DNA from: a virus
Lineage: Duplodnaviria; Caudoviricetes
IMG/VR virus record: IMGVR_UViG_3300020042_004769
Coordinates: 1-42,610 of that record
DNA: 42,610 nucleotides
Strand: one strand, 5' to 3'
Position numbers and translations under genes: made by a program. Numbering within the stretch: position 1 is the stretch's first letter; each line of letters begins with the position of its first letter. Positions 26,722 to 35,233 of the stretch are shown piece after piece. The notes beneath the pieces were generated by a model. It saw only the letters and a program-made list of their open reading frames with translations, did not search any database and had not been told where the DNA came from.

Positions 26722-28213
26722 GCCTAACATTATTCTTGGACCACCTGGAACCGGCAAGACAACGACGCTTATGAACATCGTCGAGTCTTTGCTGGAGAAG
26801 GGCGTCAAGCCTGATGAGATTGGTTTCATCAGCTTCACCAAGAAGGCTACGACAGAAGCCAGGGATAAGGCCAGGGCCCGCTTTGGATTCTCAGTGGAGC
26901 AGATGCCATTCTTTCGCACGATCCACAGCCTTGCATTCAGGCAGCTAGGACTCAGCCGGCAGCAGGTCATGCAGCACAGCCACTATCAAGAACTTTGCGA
27001 TGAGCTAGGCGTTGAAATCACGGGCCGCCAGACTGGTGAGGACGGCACGCTGGTTGGCATGGCTCAGGGCGATAAGCTGCGTTTTGTTGAAGGCATGGCC
27101 AGGATCCGGTGCGTGCCACTCAAGCAGCAGTGGGAAGACTTAAATGACGATGACCTCGGGTGGTTTGAACTGGAACAGTTTGGGAAGTCGCTGAAAGAGT
27201 ACAAGGACAACCAAGGCCTGATCGACTACACGGATATGCTTGAATTGATGCGGTCAGAAGGCTTCGTACCTAAGTTAAAAGCCCTCCTGGTGGATGAAGC
27301 ACAAGACCTATCCAAGCTACAGTGGATGGTTGTTGAACGAATGATGGAGAAAGCGGATGAGACTTATATTGCTGGAGACGATGATCAAGCAATCTTTCGA
27401 TGGGCAGGAGCGGACATCGATCATTTTATATCCTTGGCTGGGAATGTGCGCGTACTTGACCAGTCCTACAGAATACCGGCGGTTGTGCACGACCTCAGCT
27501 TTGAAATTATTAAATCGGTCACTCGGCGGCGTGAAAAGACGTTCAAACCTGCTGCGCATCTGGGCTCGATAACTTACCATAACGACATAGAGCACGTTGA
27601 CATGGGCCAAGGAACATGGCTCTTGCTTGCTAGGAATGTCTATATGCTCAAGGAATTGGTTGACTTATGCCATCGTGAGGGCTACGCCTACGAGTGTCAA
27701 GGAATGAGCCCTCGTAAGTCCGAGGCATTGCTTGCCATAAGGTCCTGGGAGAAGCTTCGCAAGGGTGAATTCATCCAAGCCGATCAGTTGAAGCTGGTCT
27801 ACTCACACATGTCAAAGCGGATGGTCGATCACGGTCACCTGTCCTTGAAGACACTGACAGAAGACATGGTCAACTTGGACGTGCTGCAGGCGAAGTACGG
27901 GCTGCAGACCAAGGCCATTTGGCACGTGGCCCTTGACCGCATCAGCGACGAGGAGAAGGAGTATTTCCTGGCCGCATTAAGACAAGGCGAATCTTTAAGT
28001 GGCGACCCCCGCATCACCATCAGCACAATACATGGCAGCAAGGGTGGCGAGGCGGACAACGTGCTACTGATCACGGACCTTAGCCCTAAGACCTATGACG
28101 GCTACCAAGAGAATCAAGACGACGAGCTTCGCGTGTTCTATGTTGCTGCGACAAGAACCAAGAAGAACCTTCACATCATCACGCCGCGCACGCAAAGGTA
28201 CTTTGACCTATGA
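26705..28213 (+). CDS. UvrD/Rep superfamily 1 helicase
   Basis: GPPGTGKTT, FTKKA, TIHS, VDEAQD, GDDDQAIF, QSYR, TIHGSKGGEAD, YVAATR motifs. Confidence 0.93.
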   Translation: MVALSKPNIILGPPGTGKTTTLMNIVESLLEKGVKPDEIGFISFTKKATTEARDKARARFGFSVEQMPFFRTIHSLAFRQLGLSRQQVMQHSHYQELCDELGVEITGRQTGEDGTLVGMAQGDKLRFVEGMARIRCVPLKQQWEDLNDDDLGWFELEQFGKSLKEYKDNQGLIDYTDMLELMRSEGFVPKLKALLVDEAQDLSKLQWMVVERMMEKADETYIAGDDDQAIFRWAGADIDHFISLAGNVRVLDQSYRIPAVVHDLSFEIIKSVTRRREKTFKPAAHLGSITYHNDIEHVDMGQGTWLLLARNVYMLKELVDLCHREGYAYECQGMSPRKSEALLAIRSWEKLRKGEFIQADQLKLVYSHMSKRMVDHGHLSLKTLTEDMVNLDVLQAKYGLQTKAIWHVALDRISDEEKEYFLAALRQGESLSGDPRITISTIHGSKGGEADNVLLITDLSPKTYDGYQENQDDELRVFYVAATRTKKNLHIITPRTQRYFDL

Positions 28214-28434
28214 CAAACAGCCCCAATCCCAATTGTGAAAAAGACTGCCGCTTTCAACATGGAATGAGCATGACCACTGCTATGTACTTTCCTCCTGTTT
28301 ACGACAAGCAGGGCAGCAACCTTAATCCTGATGGCAATACCACTTCTTGCGACGTCACATGTTCAACGTGCAACAAAAAGTGGAATTCCTCTACAAGGTT
28401 TGGGGAAACGACTTATACGGAGACCTGCAAATGA
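28210..28434 (+). CDS. Small Cys-containing (Zn-ribbon-like) protein
   Basis: 74 aa, CEKDC...CSTC; ATGA-coupled at both ends. Confidence 0.65.
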   Translation: MTNSPNPNCEKDCRFQHGMSMTTAMYFPPVYDKQGSNLNPDGNTTSCDVTCSTCNKKWNSSTRFGETTYTETCK

Positions 28435-29867
28435 TTGACTACAAATACAAGACCAAGCCGTTCGACCATCAAGACAAGGACTTCCTGCTCAGCCGGGACA
28501 TGGATGAATATGCCTTGTTTTGGGAGATGGGGCTGGGCAAGTCTAAGACCACGGTCGACACCGCTGCGTGGCTGTACGCGACAGGCAAGATCAATGCCGT
28601 GTTCATCCTAGGCAACAAGGGTTCGTACCGCAACTGGGTAACCAAGGAGCTGCCTGAACACATGCCTGACTATATCGATTGGGTCGGTACGTATTGGGAC
28701 TCGGCAGCAAGCACCGAACTCAAGAAGAGCTACGACCTGCTGCTGACGCCCATGGAGCCTCTAAAGATCTTTGTCATGAACATCGAGGCCTTGGCCTTTG
28801 ACCGCAGCTTCAAGACCGCAGAATCTTTTGTCAACTGCCACCGGACCCTGATGGTGATTGATGAATCCACAACCATCAAGAACAGGGATGCCAAGCGCAC
28901 TAAGGCTGCTTTTAAGATAGGCAGGAAGGCGGACTACCGACGGATCCTGACAGGGTCTCCGGTGACCAATAACCCGTTGGACCTGTTCAGCCAGGCCTGG
29001 TTCCTTAATCCGCATCTGCTAGGCTTCACCAGCTTCTACACGTTCCGTGCAAAGTACGCGGAGATGGTCAAGATCACGGCAGGCAATAGGGCGTTTACCA
29101 AGGTCAAGGGCTTCAAGAACCTTGATGAGCTTACTAAGTCAATTCAGACATGGTCATCACGCCGCACCAAGCTAGAGTGCCTGGACCTGCCTGAGAAGAT
29201 CTACCAATACTACGAGGTGGAACTTACGGACGAGCAGAAGAAGCATTACAAGAGCCTTAAAGAGAAGGCTATGGCCGAATTGGATGGCCAGCTGGTCTCG
29301 GCTCCCATCGTACTTACCAAGCTGCTTCGACTCCACCAGCTGGTGTGCGGGCACCTCACAACGGATGATGGCACGGTTATTCCCATCGAGAATAATCGGA
29401 TGAAGGCGTTGATGGAGGTGCTTGACGAGGCCTCAGGCAAGGTCATCATCTGGGCGAACTACAGATCAGACATCAAAGACATCGAAGCAAGGCTGCAGGA
29501 AGAGTTTGGCAAGAAGGCGATCGTGTCTTACTACGGAGACACGTCTAATGAGGATCGGCAGGAAGCCGTCCGCCGCTTTCAGACAGACCCTGATTGCACG
29601 TACTTCGTGGGAAACCCTCAGACAGGCGGCTTTGGCATTACGCTGACGGCAGCAACCAACGTGGTCTACTACAGCAACAGCTATAACCTGGAGCACCGGC
29701 TGCAGTCAGAGGATCGGGCGCATAGGATTGGCCAGAAGAATACAGTGACCTACGTGGATTTGATCTGCCGGAAGTCCGTTGACGAGAAGATCGTCAAGGC
29801 CTTACGTGAGAAGAAGATGCTCTCGTCGCAGGTGTTAGGCGACGAGTGGAAAGAATGGCTAAGTTAG
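28431..29867 (+). CDS. SNF2-family superfamily 2 helicase
   Basis: EMGLGKS, IDEST, LTGSP, GGFGITLT, QSEDRAHRIGQ motifs; ATG at 28431. Confidence 0.93.
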   Translation: MIDYKYKTKPFDHQDKDFLLSRDMDEYALFWEMGLGKSKTTVDTAAWLYATGKINAVFILGNKGSYRNWVTKELPEHMPDYIDWVGTYWDSAASTELKKSYDLLLTPMEPLKIFVMNIEALAFDRSFKTAESFVNCHRTLMVIDESTTIKNRDAKRTKAAFKIGRKADYRRILTGSPVTNNPLDLFSQAWFLNPHLLGFTSFYTFRAKYAEMVKITAGNRAFTKVKGFKNLDELTKSIQTWSSRRTKLECLDLPEKIYQYYEVELTDEQKKHYKSLKEKAMAELDGQLVSAPIVLTKLLRLHQLVCGHLTTDDGTVIPIENNRMKALMEVLDEASGKVIIWANYRSDIKDIEARLQEEFGKKAIVSYYGDTSNEDRQEAVRRFQTDPDCTYFVGNPQTGGFGITLTAATNVVYYSNSYNLEHRLQSEDRAHRIGQKNTVTYVDLICRKSVDEKIVKALREKKMLSSQVLGDEWKEWLS

Positions 29868-30055
29868 GCTTCTTTGATGCGCAGGAAGAAGGACATGAAC
29901 ACGTCGTTGTCCATGGTCCGCAGCGCGCTGCCAGGGAAGAACTGGTCAGGCCAGCCTTGCTCCTTGTCTTGCAAGATATAGAGGCGCATGTTGTTGTCAT
30001 ACTCCAGCGACATGCCATTCTCGTGGGCGATCTTTTTAGCGACTGTTACTCTCAT
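29864..30055 (-). CDS. Hypothetical protein
   Basis: 63 aa, with AAGGA RBS and its own TAGAAT box upstream on the minus strand. Confidence 0.65.
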   Translation of the reverse strand: MRVTVAKKIAHENGMSLEYDNNMRLYILQDKEQGWPDQFFPGSALRTMDNDVFMSFFLRIKEA

Positions 30056-30230
30056 GTGGAAATTCCTTTTAATGCAAGCATTCTACTACGTAGTGCAGCA
30101 CTGCGAGCAATTAAATACTAGTACATGTCCCAGTAGATATTTTGCAAATAATGCGCGCAGTGCGTAGTTTCACGCTAGAATGCAACCAAGCACAGCATTC
30201 CGCAGTGCTAAGAAAGAAGAAAGGTTTATC
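30056..30230. promoter_or_regulatory. Divergent promoter region (two TAGAATGC boxes)
   Basis: Minus-strand TAGAAT at 30080-30085; plus-strand TAGAAT at 30176-30181, then an AGCAC..GTGCT hairpin and AGAAAGAAGAAAG at 30211-30223. Confidence 0.6.
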
Positions 30231-30398
30231 ATGAACACTTACATCAAGCTCATCATTAAGACCATTGGCTGCAGTGAACCACGCGCCATGGAGATCTTTA
30301 ACGAACTTTGTGGCATGGACATTCGCTTGGGCGCGTCTAGTACTGCGAAGATCGTGCGCTTCATCAAAGAAGCCAACATCAACTCTGGCTGCCGCTAA
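30231..30398 (+). CDS. Small early hypothetical protein
   Basis: 55 aa MNTYIKLII..., directly after the leader motif. Confidence 0.65.
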   Translation: MNTYIKLIIKTIGCSEPRAMEIFNELCGMDIRLGASSTAKIVRFIKEANINSGCR

Positions 30399-30408
30399 GG
30401 AGAACAGC

Positions 30409-30585
30409 ATGGACTTCATCACAGTTCGCATCGCCAGCAACTATGGCGCAAAAGCAGTCTACCCAGTCTGCGAGACTGCTCAGATCTTTGCCAATCTCGT
30501 TGGCACTAAGACTCTCACACCTACTACCATCAACGCGATCAAGTCCTTAGGCTACAAGATCGTTGTGCAGCAAGAGGAAATCTGA
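30409..30585 (+). CDS. Small early hypothetical protein
   Basis: 58 aa MDFITVRIASNYG...; RBS AAGGAG. Confidence 0.7.
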   Translation: MDFITVRIASNYGAKAVYPVCETAQIFANLVGTKTLTPTTINAIKSLGYKIVVQQEEI

Positions 30586-30587
30586 TC

Positions 30588-30791
30588 ATGGAACTACGCA
30601 TTAAACCCGACAACATCGTGACAGTTGAGACTGAGAACGCAGGTGGAGGCTGTATGCTTGACTTCATCACGCTGCGCAACGGCCAAGTGCTTGTCGTCAG
30701 CGACGAGTACGTCGGACTCTACGCTTCTAAGGATGCGTTTTACGCTACCAAAGACCAGATCAACGGCTTTTACTTGAAGGATGCATCATGA
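30588..30791 (+). CDS. Small hypothetical protein
   Basis: 67 aa; RBS GAGG; ENAGGGC motif. Confidence 0.7.
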   Translation: MELRIKPDNIVTVETENAGGGCMLDFITLRNGQVLVVSDEYVGLYASKDAFYATKDQINGFYLKDAS

Positions 30792-31543
30792 GAATAGTTT
30801 GGACCAAAGAAGAAAAGCGCGCGCTTCACGAGTGCATGGTCGACATGTGCTACTCCAAGCCGTACATTATCCCCAGCAAAGTCTTGCTGCGTAATGCCCA
30901 AGAGGAGGTCATACCCTACGAACGCCGGTCTGTTATTAGCGACCAGCGCATCTTTAACTACAAGACTATGATTGCGTCTGCGCGAGCCAAGGCAGAAGAA
31001 CATCGCAAGAAGGCTGCCAAGTCGCTGCCTGCGCCTGCCGTAGAGCCCTTGCCACTGCCTGAGCCGCCGGCCAAGAAGATAGACACGCTGGGCGAAGTCT
31101 TTGAGCTGTTCATAGACGCCCTCGCTGATCGGATCCTTGCAAAGATAGCAGCAAGGCAGCAGTTTGAGGAGCAAGAGCTTGCGTCTGACAAGCCATCTGT
31201 CATGCTAGAAAAAGGTTGGCTAGATGCACACCTAGAAAAGCTTACGATACGCAGCAAGGAGGTCAAGGTTAAGCGGCCAACCTCGTTGATCGTCGGACTC
31301 AACGGACATCAGATGGAATGCGTCAAGCAATCAAGGCCAGAGATTGACTTCACCTTTGTGACAGCGGAGCAGGCGGTAAGCATGCAGGCATTCAACAAGG
31401 AGCACACGATCCTCATGACCAAGTTCATCAACCATTCGGTCCAAAGTAAGTATCGCAAGCACCCTAACCTGCACTATTGCAATGGCGGTATCAGCGACTT
31501 GAAGCATCTGCTACGGATTATCTTTCACAAGGAGACAGTATGA
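30788..31543 (+). CDS. Hypothetical protein
   Basis: 251 aa; Pro-rich linker and a small C-terminal alpha/beta domain (LIVGL...TKFINHS...NGGISDL). Confidence 0.75.
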   Translation: MRIVWTKEEKRALHECMVDMCYSKPYIIPSKVLLRNAQEEVIPYERRSVISDQRIFNYKTMIASARAKAEEHRKKAAKSLPAPAVEPLPLPEPPAKKIDTLGEVFELFIDALADRILAKIAARQQFEEQELASDKPSVMLEKGWLDAHLEKLTIRSKEVKVKRPTSLIVGLNGHQMECVKQSRPEIDFTFVTAEQAVSMQAFNKEHTILMTKFINHSVQSKYRKHPNLHYCNGGISDLKHLLRIIFHKETV

Positions 31544-31947
31544 CAACCCCCGCCGCTGCACAGCAATATCTTCACGAGCACTTGGTCGTATGGACCGGCA
31601 AGGGCTACGAGGTCTACAACCCGCACAGCAAGCCGCTTGAAGAGCTGCCCGTCATCTACGGCTTCAACAATGGAGGCTCTCACGAGTGGTACCAAGCTGT
31701 CGCCATAGCAGAAGACGGTCATGCCTTGGGCAGCCATGTCTGCAGCCATGAAGGTTACATGCCGCATGATCTTGGCGTGGTCAAGGGCTCTCGGCCTGAT
31801 CGCCATGAGAACGACTACCAGAAGCACTACCCAGACGGATACCGCATGGACTTTGTGCCGTTCAAAGATGTTGAAGGGCATGAGGCCTTGAAGAAGGCAT
31901 TTGTCTTGAACAAGCTGCTTGAAGATGAACACAAGGAGACGGTATGA
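31526..31947 (+). repeat. 18-bp direct repeats CACAAGGAGAC(A/G)GTATGA
   Basis: Copies at 31526-31543 and 31930-31947, 17/18 identical. Confidence 0.8.
31540..31947 (+). CDS. Hypothetical protein flanked by 18-bp direct repeats
   Basis: 135 aa, His-rich; RBS AAGGAG; ATGA-coupled. Confidence 0.75.
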   Translation: MTTPAAAQQYLHEHLVVWTGKGYEVYNPHSKPLEELPVIYGFNNGGSHEWYQAVAIAEDGHALGSHVCSHEGYMPHDLGVVKGSRPDRHENDYQKHYPDGYRMDFVPFKDVEGHEALKKAFVLNKLLEDEHKETV

Positions 31948-32114
31948 AGTACTTAAAGGCGATTGGAATGTGGCTGCTGCAAGCTACCATTGGCGTGATC
32001 ATGCTGGGCTTCATGGTGCTCATGCTCTTGGAATGGTCAGCCGGTTGCGGCGAGACTTACGTAGACTCTAGGGGGATCAGGCACCACAACGAATGCCTGT
32101 TCATTGACCGATGA
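31944..32114 (+). CDS. Small membrane protein (56 aa)
   Basis: MKYLKAIGMWLLQATIGVIMLGFMVLMLLEWSAGCGETYVDSRGIRHHNECLFIDR; translated by hand, below the ORF-track cutoff. Confidence 0.7.
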   Translation: MKYLKAIGMWLLQATIGVIMLGFMVLMLLEWSAGCGETYVDSRGIRHHNECLFIDR

Positions 32115-32218
32115 TTGACAAGTTCATTGACTGGTGGTTTAGTGGCCGCTGCCTCAAGCATCCAATGGTTGTGGCGGCAATCTTTTACCTGATCGGATAC
32201 GCAGTGGGGAAGTCATGA
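32111..32218 (+). CDS. Small membrane peptide (35 aa)
   Basis: MIDKFIDWWFSGRCLKHPMVVAAIFYLIGYAVGKS; ATGA-coupled at both ends. Confidence 0.55.
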   Translation: MIDKFIDWWFSGRCLKHPMVVAAIFYLIGYAVGKS

Positions 32219-32364
32219 ACGTATTTCAACACGGCGTTATAAACGGGCTTGGCTGGGTGGCTGTCATGGCTGACGGCTGGATACTTCACACCCATTGGCT
32301 GGCATTGTGGGGATTGGGACTAATTGTCTACAGCCTGTGGAATATCGGCAAAGACTTGAAATGA
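32215..32364 (+). CDS. Small membrane protein (49 aa)
   Basis: MNVFQHGVINGLGWVAVMADGWILHTHWLALWGLGLIVYSLWNIGKDLK; ATGA-coupled at both ends. Confidence 0.6.
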   Translation: MNVFQHGVINGLGWVAVMADGWILHTHWLALWGLGLIVYSLWNIGKDLK

Positions 32365-32561
32365 CTGGATGGAGGAAAAGACAGATCATGGAACAATACT
32401 GCGCGCATTGCCTAAAAGAATGCTGTACCATAACCATTGACGAAGGCATTGGCCAATACGAGTACTGGGGAGCAACGGGAGTTGACATCCGGCTTGTGGA
32501 GGTCAGTGACTGCTGCGAGGCAGACCTACTTGACGAACTACCTGAGGAGGATGAGGAATGA
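32361..32561 (+). CDS. Small Cys-rich protein with acidic tail
   Basis: MTGWRKRQI..CAHC..GIGQYEYWG..SDCC; coupled start. Confidence 0.7.
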   Translation: MTGWRKRQIMEQYCAHCLKECCTITIDEGIGQYEYWGATGVDIRLVEVSDCCEADLLDELPEEDEE

Positions 32562-32743
32562 ACAACACACCACCACCACTTCAATACTTTACCAAAGACC
32601 ATGCGGTGAGCATGACCCTGCGAGATTACTTTGCAGCCAAGGCTATGCAAACATTTTTGCTAGACAAACGTGCGTCTATGCAAGATGACGCAATAGACGC
32701 ATACAAAATGGCAGACGCAATGATGAAAGCGAGGGAAGCATGA
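32558..32743 (+). CDS. Small phage protein (MTLRDYFAAKAMQ type)
   Basis: 61 aa with MTLRDYFAAKAMQ...AYKMADAMMKARE, a motif common in proteobacterial phages. Confidence 0.8.
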   Translation: MNNTPPPLQYFTKDHAVSMTLRDYFAAKAMQTFLLDKRASMQDDAIDAYKMADAMMKAREA

Positions 32744-32961
32744 ACAAAAAACTTCAATTACTTATTGACCAAGCATCTACGACAACAACTGAGTATTTTG
32801 ATGGGAGAGGTAATATCACTTCAACTTGTTTCGACAAAGAAAAGTTTGCCGCCCTTGTCCGTGCTGATGAGCGTGAGAAGGTTGCAAAACAATGGGAGCA
32901 ATGGCATGGGTTCGACAAGCACACCGTAGCAGCAATCAGAGAAAGAGAAGAAACAGAATGA
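32740..32961 (+). CDS. Small hypothetical protein
   Basis: 73 aa, EKFAALVRADERE motif; coupled. Confidence 0.7.
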   Translation: MNKKLQLLIDQASTTTTEYFDGRGNITSTCFDKEKFAALVRADEREKVAKQWEQWHGFDKHTVAAIREREETE

Positions 32962-33164
32962 AAATCCTACACACAAAAACCCTTAAAAGCGGCAAGATTC
33001 ATATGCTGGTTGAAGTTAGCCCCAAGGAATCCCTCATGTCAATCAAACAGGATGAGCATTACAGACTCGGTGGGCAAGTTGATGACATCGTTAAGGGTCA
33101 CGTCATAACCGAAGCGCATGGCGTTTACTGGTGCAGCATTACACAACAATGGGAGGCAGCATGA
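32958..33164 (+). CDS. Small hypothetical protein
   Basis: 68 aa from the ATGA-coupled start at 32958. Confidence 0.65.
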   Translation: MKILHTKTLKSGKIHMLVEVSPKESLMSIKQDEHYRLGGQVDDIVKGHVITEAHGVYWCSITQQWEAA

Positions 33165-33589
33165 AAGAAGCATTTGAAAGGATGACAGGTATGCCTGATG
33201 CGTGGACAAACCCTGCGCTGATGCAAGCAAGAAACGGTTTTATTCAAGGGTGGGAAGCACGGGCGCAACATGATGTAGACGCAACCATCATTCAATATCA
33301 CGAAGCCACAATTAAAAGGTTGGAAAAGCGTGTTGAAGAATTGGCACAGCCAGTACAAGAGCCTGTGGGGGTCTTTTGCGAGGATGATGATATTGGTTAT
33401 GTTCGCCTAATTCCTCATCAGCAAATGAAGTTGAAGGCATGGGACAAACTCTACACCGCCCCACAGCAACGCCCTTGGGTGGGGCTGACGCATGATGAGA
33501 GATATGAGTGTATCCACGGCGAAAGTGTGGATGCTTGGGATATAGCAGAAGCTGTAGAAGCCAAACTCAAGGAGAAAAATTATGGATGA
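33161..33589 (+). CDS. Hypothetical protein with RPWVGLT...EAKLKEKN C-terminal module
   Basis: RBS GGAGG, ATG 33161; AQPVQEPV and LYTAP motifs. Confidence 0.75.
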   Translation: MKEAFERMTGMPDAWTNPALMQARNGFIQGWEARAQHDVDATIIQYHEATIKRLEKRVEELAQPVQEPVGVFCEDDDIGYVRLIPHQQMKLKAWDKLYTAPQQRPWVGLTHDERYECIHGESVDAWDIAEAVEAKLKEKNYG

Positions 33590-33758
33590 CAAAGAACTAC
33601 TTGACTTTGTAGAGCAGCGTATGTTTAACGTGATGTTGGAAGGTTGCCTAGTAGCGGACCATTTAGGTCCGCCAACCGACACAGGTGCGTGGTCAGTGTC
33701 CTTTCGTTCAGACACCATTGCCCGACTATTGGATATGGCGAAGGAGAAGAATCTATGA
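33582..33758 (+). CDS. Small hypothetical protein (58 aa)
   Basis: MDDKELLDFVEQ...DMAKEKNL; RBS AAGGAG; translated by hand. Confidence 0.6.
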   Translation: MDDKELLDFVEQRMFNVMLEGCLVADHLGPPTDTGAWSVSFRSDTIARLLDMAKEKNL

Positions 33759-33919
33759 CATTCCAAGAACAAATTGAGGCACTGCCCGAAGCGGAGCGGA
33801 CTAAGTTCTTTAGGGGGCTTATGGCGGTAGCTGAAGCAGGACGACAGGCGGGTGTACCGCCCGAAGAGTTATCCAAGATGTACGCCAACACATACAACGA
33901 AGTGGAGAAGAAGCTATGA
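33755..33919 (+). CDS. Small hypothetical protein (54 aa)
   Basis: MTFQEQIEALPE...; RBS AAGGAG, ATGA-coupled. Confidence 0.65.
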   Translation: MTFQEQIEALPEAERTKFFRGLMAVAEAGRQAGVPPEELSKMYANTYNEVEKKL

Positions 33920-34131
33920 AAGACGATAAATTAAAACCACGCACTGTTCTTACAAGTGCGGGATACATTGCAGACGAAGACGACGACATTCAAGTTTACC
34001 AACGCCCTTGGGTGGGGCTGACTACGGAGGAGATATCTAACGAGTTAATTTCTGACGAGCCAGATTATGTACAGGGGTTCGTTGAGGGCACGCGGTGGGC
34101 AGAAGCTAAATTAAAGGAGAAGAACGGATGA
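33916..34131 (+). CDS. Small protein with RPWVGLT...EAKLKEKN module
   Basis: 71 aa; shares its C-terminal module with 33161-33589. Confidence 0.7.
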   Translation: MKDDKLKPRTVLTSAGYIADEDDDIQVYQRPWVGLTTEEISNELISDEPDYVQGFVEGTRWAEAKLKEKNG

Positions 34132-34394
34132 AACAGTGGATTAAGCGTGTCCTGGGCTCATTAGGTGGTCTTCAGGTCAACAAGGAATTAAATCCTGTCG
34201 ATGACTATGTCCTGGTTAATAAGAGGGATCTAGATGGTCTTCTGGCAGAACTTCAGGAACTGCGCGGTTTAGGCCTGTCGACTGACGCCAGGGACCTAGA
34301 CTTGCTGCTGGGGGATATGAAGGCGGAAAACAAGGCCTTGCGGGCCTTGGTAGACTCTCACAACATTGCATCTAGTCCAGCTGGATTGAGATAG
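34128..34394 (+). CDS. Small hypothetical protein
   Basis: 88 aa; RBS AAGGAG; last gene before the terminator. Confidence 0.65.
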   Translation: MKQWIKRVLGSLGGLQVNKELNPVDDYVLVNKRDLDGLLAELQELRGLGLSTDARDLDLLLGDMKAENKALRALVDSHNIASSPAGLR

Positions 34395-34442
34395 GTTTAC
34401 AATGAACTGCCGGGAAAACGCAGTTGCCGGCTGAGAAGTTTT

Positions 34443-34469
34443 AAGGGGGCCTAACCGCCCCCTTTTTTT
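34443..34469 (+). terminator. Rho-independent terminator
   Basis: AAGGGGGC-CTAACC-GCCCCC followed by TTTTTTT, between convergent genes. Confidence 0.8.
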
Positions 34470-34908
34470 ATTCCTCGCGGTCACGCACCTTGCAGCCAAG
34501 GTCGATAGGATCTGTCTTCAAGTAGTCGAAGATGGCCTTGCGACGTTTCTCGGATTTGGGAGTTCCGCAGTTAGGACAGCCATGTCCGCATACGGAACAA
34601 TAGTTCATGGGGTTCTCGAAAGCTTTGACTACGCGCTTTTTGTGTTCTTCGCGGCAATGCTCGATCCACTTGGTCCTCCAGCCCTTAATTGCGATTAGCT
34701 CGTCGACTCTGTCTAAAACTTGCTGAGTTACCCTGCGACCTTTAACGGCATTAAAAAATGTGCCTCGACTTAGGTCAAGACCATCTGCTGCCTCGTTATC
34801 GTACAGTCGACTGATGTTTGGATGGCCTGAGCCATATTCGCTAGCCCAAACAATAATCTTGATCGTATCTAAGTCAAGAGGAGATGTTGCTTCAAGTGGT
34901 CTGCCCAT
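34468..34908 (-). CDS. Putative HTH DNA-binding protein with C-terminal Zn ribbon
   Basis: LSRGTFFNAVKGRRV helix-turn-helix-like segment and CSVCGHGCPNCG; TATAAT and AGAAAGAAGAAA leader upstream on the minus strand. Confidence 0.65.
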   Translation of the reverse strand: MGRPLEATSPLDLDTIKIIVWASEYGSGHPNISRLYDNEAADGLDLSRGTFFNAVKGRRVTQQVLDRVDELIAIKGWRTKWIEHCREEHKKRVVKAFENPMNYCSVCGHGCPNCGTPKSEKRRKAIFDYLKTDPIDLGCKVRDREE

Positions 34909-34958
34909 GATGTTTTCTTCTTTCTAAGTGAATAAGAGTTAAATTATACAGCATTCTA
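34909..34958 (-). promoter_or_regulatory. Putative promoter/leader for the HTH gene
   Basis: Minus strand reads TAGAATGCtgTATAAT...AGAAAGAAGAAAacatcATG. Confidence 0.55.
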
Positions 34959-34993
34959 TACAAGTAAGACTATGTTTTAGGAGCCAAAAAGAC

Positions 34994-35163
34994 CAAAAAC
35001 GCTATAGAGGATATTTTTAGGCTAAACAAAGAGGATCAATACAACCTTTTAGCAGACACGGAGATCTTATGATTTGAAGAAACGAACGAACGAGTCAATA
35101 ATAATTAGTTTAGTGTATTGATCCAACTAGTTTAGCCTAAAAAAACACTCTATAGCGTTTTTG
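34994..35163. repeat. ~170-bp inverted-repeat hairpin element, copy 2
   Basis: ~49-bp imperfect arms (caaaaacgctatagag...ggatcaatac / gtattgatcc...ctctatagcgtttttg); same orientation as copy 1. Confidence 0.85.
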
Positions 35164-35233
35164 AAAGGGCCTATGTACGCGATCCCGCACTCCGTATTAG
35201 AATAACAAGAAGAAAATATAAGGAGTATTGGCT

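Noticed and set aside
16305-35163. The 170-bp elements as a CRISPR array or IS ends
   Set aside because: Only two copies, ~18.7 kb apart; no repeat-spacer periodicity, no cas or transposase gene, and no target-site duplication seen.
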